Shown: positions 12,401 through 27,400, counted from the first letter of the stretch. The stretch is DNA of 64,000 nt from Candidatus Omnitrophota bacterium (GCA_022703585.1 JAKLDJ010000001.1:246891-310890); one strand, 5' to 3'. Notes: a model not told the origin generated them from the letters alone. Numbers and translations: made by a program.

Positions 12401-15400
12401 GTAACTCCAAACGAAAGTGTCGATAATATTCGTAGGAAGGCTCAAAGAAAAACGGCTTTGCAGCGCTGAGCTCAGTCGACACCGTCCCGTAACCGGTAAC
12501 CAAAGACGGCAAGTTGCAGGCGGCAACCAACGCGCTAAAGTCACGAAACGGGATACGATTTAAATTAACCAGTAAAACCCGTCCCATCGGCGTATTCATC
12601 GGCACAATGTAGGGCTTATGTTTGACAAAGCGAAACACAACAATAGGCCTGTCGGCAAGCGGCAACTTCTTAGAATGCGCGGTATTCAAAGCATCGCGTA
12701 CTAAATCAAGGTAGGCAAATACTACGCTCTCATCGTGGGCATGTGGCATCACTAAGCCCCAGCGCGCTTCCCGGATAATATCAACCGCCCCCAAATATTC
12801 ATCGCTCAGCTGCCCCGCAAACATTTCCAGCAATGCCAGCCGTAAGTAAGCGCTGCCGTCGATGGCAATATTATCCATCAAATCTTCGTCAAGAATGGCT
12901 CCGTGTGAACCGCTGGTAACGCCCGGATATAACATGCGAACATTGTCAATCGGTACTGAGTCTGCGTATACAGATAATGACGGCTTTGATATTGCAAAAC
13001 CGTATTCGGGAAACACGATACTCATGGGGGCAACAATACCCTGGCCTGCCAGTTCACGGTAGAGCCTGGCTGTCATTCTATTCCCCGACGCATAGTAAAC
13101 CGTCGGATAGGTGATAACATAATCGCCGATATTTGCAAGGTCAGCGTAGGCTATATACATAATGCCATTCACTTCATTTTCCGGTACCGCCCAATCGATG
13201 TTAGGGAAAAAGCCCGAGAGCAATTGGTAAGAATATTGCTGGATAAATACACGAACTGTCGCGTCAGGGAAACGACGTTTAATGCCGCGCGCCACCATAA
13301 TCGACAGCCCGATATCACCCACGCCATCCGGCAAGACTTCGGGAATAACGTTGACGGCATGATCAAACATCATCCGCTCCAGCCATGCCGGCCAGGCAAG
13401 CGTCTGGGGCGCTTCCAGAACAGAAGCCGACTGCGTCATGCCTGCCAACGGCAGGCAGACTAAAGACCAGAGACTAAAGACAAAATTAAAATCGGCAAAC
13501 GGCAGGAAGGCAGCGAGTGGGGTTCCGTTATCCAACGACTGACCGAAAGGACCAAGCAGTCGTTGTGGAGTGACCGGCGCCTCAGCAAGCTCAACGTATT
13601 CGATGTCCTCATTAAGCCATTTCAAGATCACCTGTGTCATATGTGTATTAATAATAAGATATCCTTTGCGTTTAAGCATCATCAGGCTCTCGCGGTCTTC
13701 GACAGTCACGAATACAGGGGTAAGGATATCGTACATTAGTTGCAAGGATGCAGCCCAGAGTACCCGCTGCAGGACGATTTGTTCCCGCGTCGAGAGCTTG
13801 CCTTCTGCCCAATCGTTAAAAATAGTCTCGCGCAAAGTTTCCTGCGGCGTCACTTCAGCGGCACTCGTGTTATCCAACTCCGAGAGTGAAACGTCAGCGG
13901 GGTTAAACCGTAATACCTCCCCTGCCATTAACCGGCGATACAGCTCCCGAGTGGTATTGTGAATGACGTTCACATCATAAATACTCGACGTACCCATAAC
14001 GCCCTTTCCCCCGTCAATGACCGCCTCATATCCCATGCCGCGCAACACCTCGTCGAGGGCGATACGAGTTAACCAATCGAGCTGTCCGGAATCCAGTTTC
14101 TTGACAAGACCACTGGCGATCTTCGCGGCTTCCATATCATGGCGCTGGCCAATCTTGCCTAAGGCAATAACCAGCGGAATAGTTGCCGGTGAATCAACCG
14201 GCGAGGAACCCAGTGCTTCAAGCAAGGCGCCAATCGCCCTGCGCCCAACCTTGACCAAGGTTTGAATTACGACACGCTGTGAATAATCGGAGACAACGCC
14301 GGTAAGGCTCACCAGACGTGCCAATGCCGACCGTTCTTTGCTAAGGCCAAGCTGACGGATGGCCTTATTACGTATGGAGGGAACAACGTCCGTCAATTGC
14401 TCTTCCAATGTTTCGACCGGGATAACGGCGGTTTCAACATCCATCGTTCGGCGATTATGCACTTTGATAATTTCGATAACCCTGACAAATTCGGGAATAT
14501 CCTCAAAACCGATTGTCTCAATCTTGATAATGTCAACGCGAACACCCAGGCGCTGCGTGATGTGCTCCATCACCTCGAAGGTACCGATCCCCTCGTAGAT
14601 AATCACGTCAATTGTACGATCATAATACGCCTCAAGGATATGTTCACGGGCTTCCGCGTCATGACGTTCAACATCCATATAATCGTAGTTCATGACAAAG
14701 ACGCGGTCAGCCGGAATGCCTAGACCACCACACTGCAATTCTTTCGCGAGATGCGTCTTGCCTGAGGTGCTAGCACCGCCAATAACTAGAATAACCTTGG
14801 TAGGACTGTCAGTAATAATCTGGCGGACCAAACGAATCCCTTCGCGCTGCGTGATGATCTGCTGAACTTCTTGAGTCGAGATTATCGCTTCCTCCGTTTC
14901 CTCGGAAACCCAATTATCCGAAATACAGGTTGAGGATAGCACCAAATGTTTAATGCCCTGATTCTGTTCGTCCATAACAACGTAGCAATCGATAAATTCC
15001 GCTCCCATGGCATCCGCCACTCGACCCCAAAGATTGGCACGCACCGCTTCACTCGAGACCTTGTTGACGGGTTTCAAGGGATCCTTCTGAAGTAAAATTT
15101 CAATAATATCCGCCCGCAGGCGCTCAGCAATCTCGTCACGCACCGCAAAATATTCTCCGTTACCAATAACAAAATTCCTGAGTTGCTCATCATCGAAGAT
15201 ATCGACTATCGCAGCTTTTTTGTCATTGAAGCCCGGAACCATCATGGTAGCAAAATGTTCATATGCCAATAAGTCCTGGCGCAGCCTGCCGATAACATTC
15301 ACCCCTTTTTGGATAAAAAGATCTCCTTGTTCAAATTGCGCCTCGAGTGCTCTGGCAATATAATAAAGGCTTTCGATTTCCGTCATACGAATCTGAACCT

Positions 15401-18400
15401 TAAAAGCCCTCACGGCGTTTGATTTGAACCGTTCGCCTAATAATCGCGCGAACGCGCTAAAGACGCCACGGCCCGAAATCAACAGCAACTGACTATCTAA
15501 AAGATGAATCTTTCCGCGAGGCCCTATGTGCCCGTAGATATAGACGCCTCTGATGCGTCGGCCAGTTGCCTGATCCGCAAAGAAGATTGCCCAGAATAAT
15601 TTCCCTTTATATTCCTGGCGCAACGCCTGCGTGCGGACACTCACCAACTCATCAAACCGGCCGATATCGGTCAAAAGTTCCGCGCACCCGCCTTGTATAA
15701 TCTCAAAATCAAAAACCAGTTCCCGCGCCAAATGAGCAACATCGGTAGAGAATGAAACCACATAACACCTGCCGGCTTTATCTTTGACCTGTTCACCATC
15801 TAGAGAACGCAAGATCCCAAAGGCCTCTTTTTGCTGAGCCGTAAAAAGTAATTCATGCTGCAGCGCTTCAATCCATGAAATCACTTGACGGTAATGGCGG
15901 ACTTGCTGCGCTGACAAAAAGGCATTCTCGCCTAATGGGCCGCCCATGGCCGCCCCCTTGACGTCAATCGCTACGCCACAGACATCGAGCTCTTGATGCC
16001 GCTCAAGCCGGTGTTGGCACTCTTCGAGCACAACCTGCAATTGTTCCTGCAATTCCCTTTCCATCATATCGGGCTCGACCATGCACGTCTTAAGGGTACG
16101 GGCAATGAACTCCAGCTTTCCGAAAGAATACGTATTAGTCAAGAACCAGATTTCTAGTAAATGCGCGATAAGCGACTCCCGTTTCTTCTGAGTGGCATCA
16201 TAGAGCTCAGCCGGTCTTCCTATATAATCGCGCAACAATGCCTTAACCCGTCCGGTTTCGTGGCGTCCGGCATAACGGTCGATATCTGCACGTAATTCCG
16301 CACCCAACTCTCTGGCAAGGTTAAGGCCTTTCATGTAACCAGCCAACATCTCTCTGTTCACGGCAATTTCAAAGGGCATATCTTCACCGGGAATACTGAC
16401 AAGTAGAGCCGGCATTATCGCTAAGATTTTCTCAACGACTGCCACAAACTCTTGTTGTGTTAACGCGCCGTCGTCTAAAAATGCGGATACCGCCGCCTGC
16501 TCGGCAAGGTCAGGCGTTAACATCATGGCGACAATCTCGGAGACATCTTCACCGCTGGTATATAATTCCCGGATTGCCCGGGCACCACTAACGCCATAGT
16601 AGTTTTCTATGAACTCGACCGTTTCCTTGTCTATATTTCTAAAGCGGTACATCCTGCCATCCGCGCTATATGCCTGCTGTGGCATTAATAATTCTTTCAA
16701 CGCACTCTCCAACATACCCAACATCACCGCACGTTCATTATTGGTATCATCCATCCGTCCCAATAACGGCATCAGCGCGAACAGGGAGAGAAACGGAACA
16801 AAGGCGGTGAGGGTGTCCACCTTTTGACCGTCCGGTGTCCGGCGGTAAAAAGGAAGCTCAACGACAAATCGGTATTTATACAAGCCTTCTTCCTGGCTGA
16901 CAAATTCCGTCGATACGCGTAATGGTTTCGGGTGCCAGGCAAGAGGAGTAAAGGTTAAGTTTTTTCCGGCAGCCGAGGCAAGGATTCCTCGCAACCCCGC
17001 CCAATCCTCGTCGGTCACATCGTGTTTAAAGAGAGCGAACCGGATGCGTTTGATTCCGTATTCCAGCATTTTGTTGGAGTCTAGAACCAGTTCTTCCATG
17101 TTCTGCGGTCCCAAGAATTCAAATTTCAAAAGCGCTACCGGGCCCTTGGCGCCGCCGCTAATCGTCAACAAATGTTTCTCGGTATCAAACTGGTCTCTGA
17201 ACATGCTTTCAAAGGCAGTTTTAATAGATACCCCTTGAGGAATAAACGGGCTCACCATAATTGTGCGGCTGGGGAAAATGATTGTCCGCGGGGTTAAGCA
17301 AAAGTCGAGCGTGATAATCCGTCTGTTGCTATCATGAGAAACGATTCCTGTTTCTTGTGTAACAGCCCGATCACTGCGGCGGCCTTCACCGAGTCCGGCA
17401 GGAACTTCAGAAGAACTGCCGGGTTGCGACTTCTCGGCTTTGATAATATCGCCTTGATCCTCGACGCCCAGGCTATTCTCTTCGGGCTGCGCAGACGCTA
17501 CCTCGCGATCGAGATCATCGCCAGCGTGTCCGCACATGGCCTCGATTTCCTCGCGGATACCTTCAACTACATCCTCCATTGCCCCTATTTGAAGCGCCGC
17601 CTTCTTAAACTTCCGGGACACCTTAAACCGGAGATAGAGATCCAAGCCCGCCAGAAACAGACTAATACCGAAGCCGGCCAGGGCAATAAATAACGGGCTC
17701 AAGGCGGCAAGCTCGTCGTCCGACGTATCACTATCGGGGACAGACCCCGCCTCATCTTGGATGTGTCCCCTTTCTACGCCTGGGACTGTCCCAGGTGTGG
17801 CTTGGGGACAGGTCGGAGTTACGGCGGGCCGTCCATCAAAAGATCCATCGGGACGAGCCTCGCCACGAAATTCGGCGGGGTCTGTCCCCGTTTCCACTTC
17901 CATGGCGGACCCGGCAGGAAGAGTTATGTTCTTAATCCCGGCATAATCAAATCCCGTGGCCTCAACAGCGGCCTTCCAAGAACCAAAGTACTTGGCGCCC
18001 GCGGTATACACAGAATTTAGGGAAATATTTATTTTAAAATGATCGTAAAGAATTCTTCTCGCTTGCGGCGGATTACACCTCATTGCAGTAAAAGATAAAT
18101 CAATCCTGCCATAGAGCAGTGTAATCGCTTCAATAATCCTTTCTCTATTCCAGAATCTATCCGGCACCTGCTGCCTTCGCGGCGACTGCACCTTTTTTAA
18201 CGGCCGCAATTTCCCGTTATGGCTCACCGTCAATGTCCCGTTGGATTCCCGCAGAATCCACTTACGCAACCGCTCAATGGCTTTTGCATGAATTTGGCAC
18301 GCGCGAGATTCAGTTACCCCCAAGCTCTCGCCGATTGTCTTTAGCGTCATCCCTTCCAGATAATACCGGCGCACAACATATTGCTCTTTTTTCGGCAACC

Positions 18401-21400
18401 GCGGCAGGTGCTTGGCAACCACATGTGTCAAAAACGCCCTGTTTTCATATTGGATATCAAATCTATACGGCGCAGCGACATCCATCGCTTCCAAAATATC
18501 CCTCTCGCCCTCTCCATCCTCGCCTAGAGATAATTCTTCCAGCGATACCCGATAGGTCGCGCCGGAGAGTATATCTCTAACAATTTCTCTGGACAATCCG
18601 GCGCGCTCGGCAATTTGGGCAATATCAGGATACCGAACACCTTCGGCGGCAAGAGCCGTCTGGGCATTCAGCATCCGGGAGACACAAGACCGGCTTGTAC
18701 GGCTTTCCCACATCTCAAGGCGTGCCTGGTCAATCATGCGGGGCCTTAGTATGCCTATTATCCAGGTCTTGAGACTCGCCCCTCTTGAACTATCAAATTT
18801 TTGAATAGCTTCTAAAACCGCCGCCTGGCCAGCGCTAATGAGTACTTCGAAATCTACTGTGGAATACTGTTCCCGAACAGAAAATGCTGTTTTTCTTATT
18901 ATAGGTAGCCACTCCTCAAGAACTGCACTGTTTTGATCAAATGTTTGTGCGCGCAAGCCGCGACGAAGCCTGGAGCCTTCCGTCCTTTTTACCTTGGGTT
19001 GGCGCGGTTGGCGAAGCTCATACTTACTTCTGCCGATTTTCGGATAGCCTGCCGCGACTAAATCAGCATTCATCTTTTTGCTGTAATAGTGCACGGCACT
19101 TTTATCTATTTTGAGTTCCACCATAATCATTTTGCGAGTCAACGGATTTCTGGGCCAGTCATTGGGGTCGGAAATCCCGTCAAAATGTTGTTTTGCCAAA
19201 GCCAGCAACTGCGGATGAAGCATGTCATATCGGGAACTCCCGGGCTGGCGCGGTTGGCGAGGCTGACCAGGTTCACGCCTGCTTCTGCTAAAGAGAGGAT
19301 AGCCGGCATTAACCAGGTCTTGACCCATCTTGCCCTTATAATATTTATAAATCCATGCCGGAATACTTAAGGCAATCATAATGCTCGCCGGAGTCAACGG
19401 ATTCTTAGGCCAGTCATTGGGGTCGAGAATCGCGTCAAAGTGTTGTTTTGCCAAGGCCAGCAACTGCGGACGAAGCGTGCCATAGCGGGAAGTCCCGGGC
19501 TGACGAGGCCGATAGGGCCCACGCTTGCCTCTGCCGATTTTCGGATAGCCTGCCGCGGCTAAAGCACTATTCATCTTTTTACTGTAGTATTGCACAGAAT
19601 TTCTATTTAATTTGAGCTCCGCCATAATGATTTTCTGAGTCAACGGATTCTTAGGCCAGTCATTGGGATCGGGAATCGCGCCAAAGTGTCGTTTTGCCAA
19701 GGCCATTAATTGAGAACAAAGCGCATCGTATTTTCTTACCCGTGGCTGTCTGGGTTTCGCAAGTTTAACCGGATTCCTTCCAATTTCGGGATAACCTGCC
19801 GATAGTAAATCAATGTTCATCTTTCTTTTATAGTTTCTTATAAAGAATTCATTTACGCTTAAGGAAGACATAATCACTTTCCTGGTCAAGGGGTGATTGG
19901 GCCACTCTGCAGGCAAATGTGAATCAAAATGTTTTCTGGCCAATTCCAAAAGCCGGGGACGAAAGGCATCGTAGACGAGTACCCTGGGCTGGCGCGGTTG
20001 TTGAGGCTGGCGAGACTGGCCGGGCTCACGCCTGCTTGTGCTGATTTTAGGATAGCCTTCTTTCTCTAAAAAGGCCTGTATTTCAGGACGGTGTCCTAAA
20101 TAAATCGATTTGCTGACATTCGGCCAGGACAAAATCATTTTCTTGATTAGAGGATGATTCTCCCGCTCCTGAGGATCAAATTGGTCAAAGTGCTGCCGGA
20201 TACGGTTCTGGATGTCAGGAAAAACAATCATAAAATTTGGCCCTCGAGACCGACCGGTTTTGGGACGGATTTTTCTTGCCGCTGGTTGCTTAGGCTCAGC
20301 GGATCGGTTGCCTCTTTTCCGGGCAATCTCCGGATAATGCTGTTCCGCTAAATAGGCCTGTATCTCCGCTCGATGCCGGACATAAATGCCTGCTCTCATT
20401 TCGGGCCAGGATAAAATCATCATCTTGGTCAGAGGATGATTTTCCCGTTCTTCGGGCGTAAATTGCGCAAAGTATTCGTCAATGCGGCGCTTGATATCAG
20501 GGAAAATAGTACCAAAATGAGGACTGTAGGGACGGCCGGTTTTGGGACGGCTTTTGGACACAACAGAGACTTTTTCTCTCCTGGGCTGAGGTTGTTTTCT
20601 GGGCTGACCGGACTCACGCCTGCTTCTGCCGATTTTCGGATAGCCTGCGTTTTTCAAATCGACGTTCATCCTTTTCTTATAGTTTCGTATGAAAGATTTA
20701 TTTACTCCCAGGGAAGACATAATAATCTTTCCGGTCAAGGGGTGATTAAGCCGCTCTTTTTTATCAGGGATTGCCGCAAAGTGTTTTTGGGCCAACGCCA
20801 GAAGCCGGAGACGGAAGGCATCATAAACGGATATCCTGGACTGGTGTGACCGACGAGTCTGACGCGATTGGCGAAGCTGGGGAAGCTTGCGGTTACTTCT
20901 GCCGACGATGGGGTAACCGGCTGCTATCAAATCAGCGTTCATCTTTCTTTTGTAGTTTCTAATAAAAGATTCGTTTACTCCCAGCAAAGACATGATAATT
21001 TCCTTGGTCAAGGGGTGATTGCGCCATTCCTTTTTATTAGGGATCGCCGCAAAGTATTTCTTAGATAATGCCAGAAGCCGGGGACGGAAGGCATCATAGA
21101 CCAACACTCTGGACTGGCCGGGCCTTGGCTCAGCAACTCCCTTTGACTCAGCGTCTTTCAGGCGGCCCGTCAGAAAGATAGCGGACAGGCAAGATAAGAA
21201 AATAAATGGCGTGAACGGCACGATAAACGCGGCCAGGCTTTCGCTCAGCTGTATCAAGCTTTCTTCGGGCCCGGTCAATGACGATAAAATTTTCTGCCGC
21301 CGCGCGTAAAAATAATTTACGACCCGGCGCTGAACCATCAATGCGGCGACCGGATCAACAATAGAATCATTCAGCCAGAGCGGCTCATCAATATCGCCGA

Positions 21401-24400
21401 TAATAATACCGTCTTCGATAATGAACTCAAACAATCCCTGTTTCGTCCGGTGCAAGGCTTCATAGTGGCCGTGAAAATGGGGTAAAAGCTGGAGTGTTGT
21501 TGCCAATATAAAATTAGCCGTTGGGGGACAGGGTGTTTTCCTGAACACCCGTATTGTCCTCCGGAATAAATGCTCAAGCTTATGCGGGGCAATGTCAAAA
21601 ACCTCAATAACGTTATTGTTCGATCCATCGGCGCGCGAAACCATTTTTAGGTCAATCGCACGATACAGATCGCTATACACCTCTCTGTCAAGCTCTCTCA
21701 TCCCGTAGGCATCGGCGGCAATCTCGGCCAGCATGCAGCGCACCGAGCCCTTGAATCCCGTATCAACGACAAGAACCGGTTTTTCCCGATGGCGAAGAAT
21801 ATCCGAAGCAATGCCAAAACCGTTCAGAAATTCTATTTTCGTTTCTCTGTTCGTATCATGTTTGATATAGCACATCAGGCATCCGCTCGCGGGCAGAAGC
21901 ATAATCTTTTGTTCATTCGGGGTACCGGCAAGCACGGTCTTAAGCGCGTCGTAGAACACTTCCGCGTCGCGCCCGGCAATTAAAATAGTGCTGTAGCGGT
22001 CGATTTCAGAAACAATCTTCGCCACCATAATTTCAAGATATGGCAGAAGATGCTCAAGCTCTTTGAACACAACGCTATCGTGCAGGGATTCGAATGAATT
22101 GTGCTTAAAAACCCGACGCGCGCCCTCTACGATATCCGTTATCCTTAAATTGTGTGCCGCAAGCGGCTCGGGACGCGGATGAGGATAGCGAAGCGCGTTA
22201 CTGATGTGCTCCGCTTGTGTCATTCCCGCCAACGCCATACTTACGGGCAAGACCATAAACGGCATAAACAAACACGCGAGCTCGGAAGTCGAATCTTCCC
22301 CTTTAAATCCGTCAGCGCGTATCCTGGCATCAGCCTCAAAGTAGCACTCAAAATCCCTCGTCCGGGATTCTTCAGCCCCCGAAGACGGCTCCCGGGAAAC
22401 TTTCATAACAAAATATAAATCTTGGTAATCAAGACCGAGAAACGCGACGATGTAACGGAAGCTAAAATCGGGATCTTTCTTGGCAGTTGCCATCAAATGC
22501 CCGCAGGCTTGCTTGTATTCCGTCTGGAACCAGCCGTCGGCATCCGTCATGCGCCAAAACATTTCCGCGATAGGTTCATACGGCTTAAACAAATCCGCGC
22601 CCATATTGCACATGATTCCGTTAAATCTTCCAAAATCTTTTTCAAACCGGTTCAATTGATCGGCATCGCGGTTATCCATCAAAACCGATTGAATGGTAAT
22701 CCGGGCTTCGCTTTTGGCGGCAAAAGATTCGGCGGTCCTCCTGGCCAATTTGAGCTTCTCTTCTGACAGGTTCGAGAGGACAATAATGATTTTACGGCCC
22801 TTGAGGGCTTTAGGATTTTGGAAGGAAATCGCAGAGAAGAATGCGTGAACATCATTTTGCTGGGCGGCGTTAATCCAATAGCGCAGCGTCTGGTCGGTGC
22901 CGTGCAAGGCGATATCGCGGGCGATTAAAGCTTCAAAATAAATCCAGGATTCGATATTAAATGTATCGCAGCAAACTATACAGTCACCTACTCCGGGGGC
23001 GGCTTTAAGATAAGAAATGTCCGGCGGGGCTCTGGAGGTAATAGACAGTTGCGTGGCCCTCTCCAACGGCCCGGCTTCGCTGAGACCTGCGAAGGCCGAA
23101 ACGGGCAGAAACACCAGCGGCATCAAGAACATAAAGGCGCGAAGCGTGTCTTTACCGGCGTCTTGCGTCGGTATCGGACGCTCAAAGGTCTGATCAACCA
23201 TCCGCAAGCTCAACGCCTCGTTAAGGCGTTTCGTGGCCTGGCCGGAAAGTTCTCCGGCGTCAATCTTTAACAGGTTTAACGTCATGATTTTTGTCTGGTC
23301 GACATCGGGCGGGTCTTTTTTGTATTCCTCATCGACGGAGAGAGAAATATCAACCTGAAGTGTAAAGTAAAGTTCGCTCACCATGCGGTAGCCAACAATC
23401 GCGTCCGCATAGTTTTTCTTCGCAAAACATTTTTCGGCATGAGCAAAGACACTTGAAATAGTCTCATATTGTTTTTTATAAGTCCCACCGGCGCGGTGGA
23501 ATTCCGCGCGCAGTGCCGCGTATTGCGCGCGCGCTTCGGGCGAGACATCGGCTGCAGCATCAATTATAGCGATTTGCCGCGCCGAGAGCGGCGGTGGTGG
23601 CAGTTGAGCTGTCCCGGCACAGCCGTTCAACAGAACCGGACAGAGGGCCAACACCACGGCCAGCAGAATCGGCAGCAGGCAATAGGATTCTTCAGCCTCG
23701 CCTTCAGAAAAAGAGAAATTCCTGCCGGCGTATTTCGCCTGCCAGGTTTCCGCGTCGCCGCCCATAATAAACATCCGGCCGCGATGCTGTTTGATGCGCA
23801 ATAATTCTTTAACCAGCCTTATTTCGCTGCCCTCATCCAACAAATCGGTGAAATTATTGGCGATAACCAGATCGGCTTGCCCGAGATATCCGCTCTCAAA
23901 GTCCATAATGTCGCCGCGAACAAGCTGTATCCTTTCACGATAAACGCTTAAATTGCGATTGACCTCCTCCATGACCTCAAGGGCCTGCTGCGCCATGGCC
24001 TGTAGCCCTTCGCCGACAGGGATCCATCTCTCGTCAAGAGCCGCCAAGATATCAAAACCATCTTGCAATTGCTGTTGCGCCTCTTGATGCAGCGTCTGGT
24101 CTTTTTCTATGGCAATAACTCGAAAATCAAAGGTTTCAAAATTCGGGATTTGCCGTTGTGCTTTGTTGTACAGCAACCACATCCAGCTCACGGCTTCCTG
24201 CCCGCGGGCTGAACCGGGGATAAGAATTCGAATTGTCCGCTCTCTGTCCCGCCGCCTGAGGGCAGTAATCTCTTTCACATTTCTGATAAATGTTTCTTCC
24301 TGTTCTGGATACCGCGCAAACCGGCTATACGAATCTGTCTGCCTTGTTAAGGTAAAAGAACGAAGCGCGATGTCCAACATCACATTAAGAAGGGGACTGT

Positions 24401-27400
24401 CGCCGCGCTCGAGTCTTTCGAAGACAACGCTGTAGCGTCCGTGATATGGGGCGCGGGTAAACAGCCGCGTATACCCAAATCGGGTGATGAAAAATTCTAA
24501 CCCCTCAAACAAGCTTAGCGGCTGACTTTGATATCTCCTGCCCAATGCCGTTAAGACGGTTCTAAAGGACTCACGGTCTACTAGCCACCCGGCCGGCGCA
24601 TCAAAACGCCCGAAGGAGAGCCGAACGTCTCTGGCATACCGCCACTGCATCCGGGCTGCCTCGACGGTCTCGGGCTTGCCTTGAATCTGTTCTCGCCAAT
24701 CCATCGCCCCTAATAATGGCGCCAGCGCAAATAGGGTTACAAACGGAACAAACGCAGCCACAGTATCCTCGCCATGAAAACCAGCGCGGCTATCGCTGAT
24801 GGGCAGGCGAATGATAACACGCACCGTATTCGCGAATTCTCTAATTTCGAGTGTTCCGTCGTGAACCTCTACTATTAAACGGCTTAACGGAATTCCAACG
24901 CCTCTCCCATGAGAACCCGTAACAAACCAATCAAAAAGATGCCCCCGCATAAAAGGCGCAATGCGTCCTTTGTTTTCTATTCTTACGGAAACAAAGCGTC
25001 CTTTCCTGCCGGAAATTATTCTGTGCTTAACAGCCACGTCTTCTTTGGAGGCACGCCATGCATTATAGATTATTTCATTAAATACCTTTGAGGGGCCAAG
25101 CCACACTTGCTGTAATCCATCAACACGGGCAGGCCCTTGAAAGGATGTTCGTTCCTTCAGAAATGAGTTAAGGCAAGAAGATAGCACCTCCTGAACATCA
25201 ACGGGATTAACCACTCTTTTTTCAAAACCAAGCAGCCAGCCTATTTGACTGGCGAGTATTGCTAATTCGGCGCTCAATTGTATCCTCTGCGTTGTCAGCT
25301 CTTGAAACTTTCTATCGGTTATCAATGCAAACAGGTCCTTGTTCTCGTCAGAATCAAATCCTTCCGCAACTACTGAACCCCAGCATCCAAACAAACCTTG
25401 GGCGCCTATTCGTATAACTGCCAGATAGTGGCTCATGGATTCTCTGTCTTCCAAAGACGGCCGGGGCCTGTCTAACCGGCCTTCCAGCATCCCGGCATAG
25501 CTATTAAAAAGCGGTGACGAGAAATCGTGGTAAAGCCAGGTATCGGCGATAACCGGCCACAATTTTCTCCAGACATGGACAACTACCTCATCTAAGAGAA
25601 ACTCGGCAAGCGGCCTGTCCATTCTTCCGGCATGTGATTGTGAAATGTCCTGAACGCGCTTAAAGAAAGTAACCGTTAAGCGTTTATCAGCGGAGAGCGA
25701 TCTGAGCATCCCCAGGGCGGTTGATTCCTTTTCGTTTACCATCCCCAAAAGCGGCACAAACATCATTGGTCCCAGGGCAAACGGCACCAGGCAGCCGAGA
25801 TCATCATCCAGCGACGGCTTTTGGGCCACAAAGCCGCTTAAATAGCTGACAAAACCCTCCGTACCGGGAATCGAAACCGCCTGGTCGGCAATAACAGAGA
25901 ATCCGGCATCCAAAAACTCTCCCCTGTAGACTTCAGGGGCTGCATGTACCGTTACCGACAGGATTTTAATTTCTCCTTCCGCAATTTGCCGAATGAGTTC
26001 TTGGGCCGTATAACGGGTTGCGTCAATGCCCTCTCCTTTTACGCCGCGCAATACCATCATCGGATACATTTGATGATCTTCCAGGATTGCCTCAAAATCT
26101 TTAGATACGATAATACCTGTTTCAACCAGCTGCCGGAGAACCTGCCTGTGGAGGGCATAGCTTTTGGTATACCACCGGCCGCGATTCTCCGTCGGCATAA
26201 CACGCCGATAGTCCAGGAATGATACAAGTCCGCCCGGCTTTACGATACGGAATATCTCGCTTAAGATCCGGCGGCGTTTAGAAAGCAAGGGAATCATATT
26301 CAAGGCGCGATGGAACACCGCCGCGTCCAATACGCCTTCCGGCAAATAGGCCTCTTCGGCTAAATCCGCCTGCTGATAAGAAAGGGCCGGCTGAGGTGAA
26401 TTCTTGAGATGCATCAAAGCCACAATCGCGGCCGTCGCCTCCTGATAATTAAGGGATTGTGCTAACGCATTTGAACGGGAGGCGGCCACATACCGGTGTT
26501 CTCTCTCCAGACCAAGAACATTAAATCCTTGCCCATACAACCATTCACTGATTTGACCCGCACCCGAACCGACATCGGCAACAACCATCCTGTCATTTTG
26601 ATTCAGTTCCTGCCGCGCCTGACTTTGAAGTATCCGCGCCAAAACCACGGGATACGTATGCATATAACTGACGTCTTCTCTTCCGCTAAAGTAACCCCAA
26701 TTTGTCAAAATCCGCTGTTGGTTGACGCCCGCTACTAACCTGGCAGCATGCCTTGTTTTCATCAGGCGCGGGTCTCGTATTATTCTTGATTGTGAAATAC
26801 CTTCAAGCCTAGGCATAACATTGACATCGTCTTGTTCATCCTCTACGGCAGCCAGGGAAGTTAAGACCAAAGACCAGAGACCAAAGACTAGGTTTAAATC
26901 GGCGACGAGCATAAACGCGCCGAGTGCTTCAGCTGCCTCCGGAGATGCGGATAAGAGCTTTTCACCATCTGCCCAGTGTGCATTGCGGAGCATTTCTTCC
27001 AAAACAGCCTGCGTTGCTTTGGCTGCCGCCGGGTTTTTGCTGACCCGCATAAACTGCGACTCTTTTCCCGAAAAGGCCCTGAGTATGTCCATAAGAGTCT
27101 GCGAATTGACATCTACCCCTATTCCCAGTGGTGTTTCCCCGGGCTCCCGTTCGAACCCACCAAAAACCAATGCGGCAACGCGCGGTTCTGAGCCCGACTC
27201 AACGATTACCAGAGGCGAACCCGAATCACCGGGAATAGTCTCAACCCGATCGGAGCAAATGCTCCCAGAATCCCTGTGAAGATATCCCGCTGATACCCTG
27301 TTTTCCCCGGTCAATACCCTATTTCTACCGCTTACGAGAATTGCCAATGTGTTATTTCTCCAGGAAAAATCAAAAGGCATAGGCTGAAGGCTGCCAGCCA

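Noticed and set aside
19030-21110. IS630/Tc1-like transposase (HTH-rich repeats with GRxR-like tails) or a mobile element
   Set aside because: There are no DDE/DDD catalytic domain, inverted repeats or target duplications. The repeats are in-frame parts of the giant ORF directly fused to a sigma-like domain.
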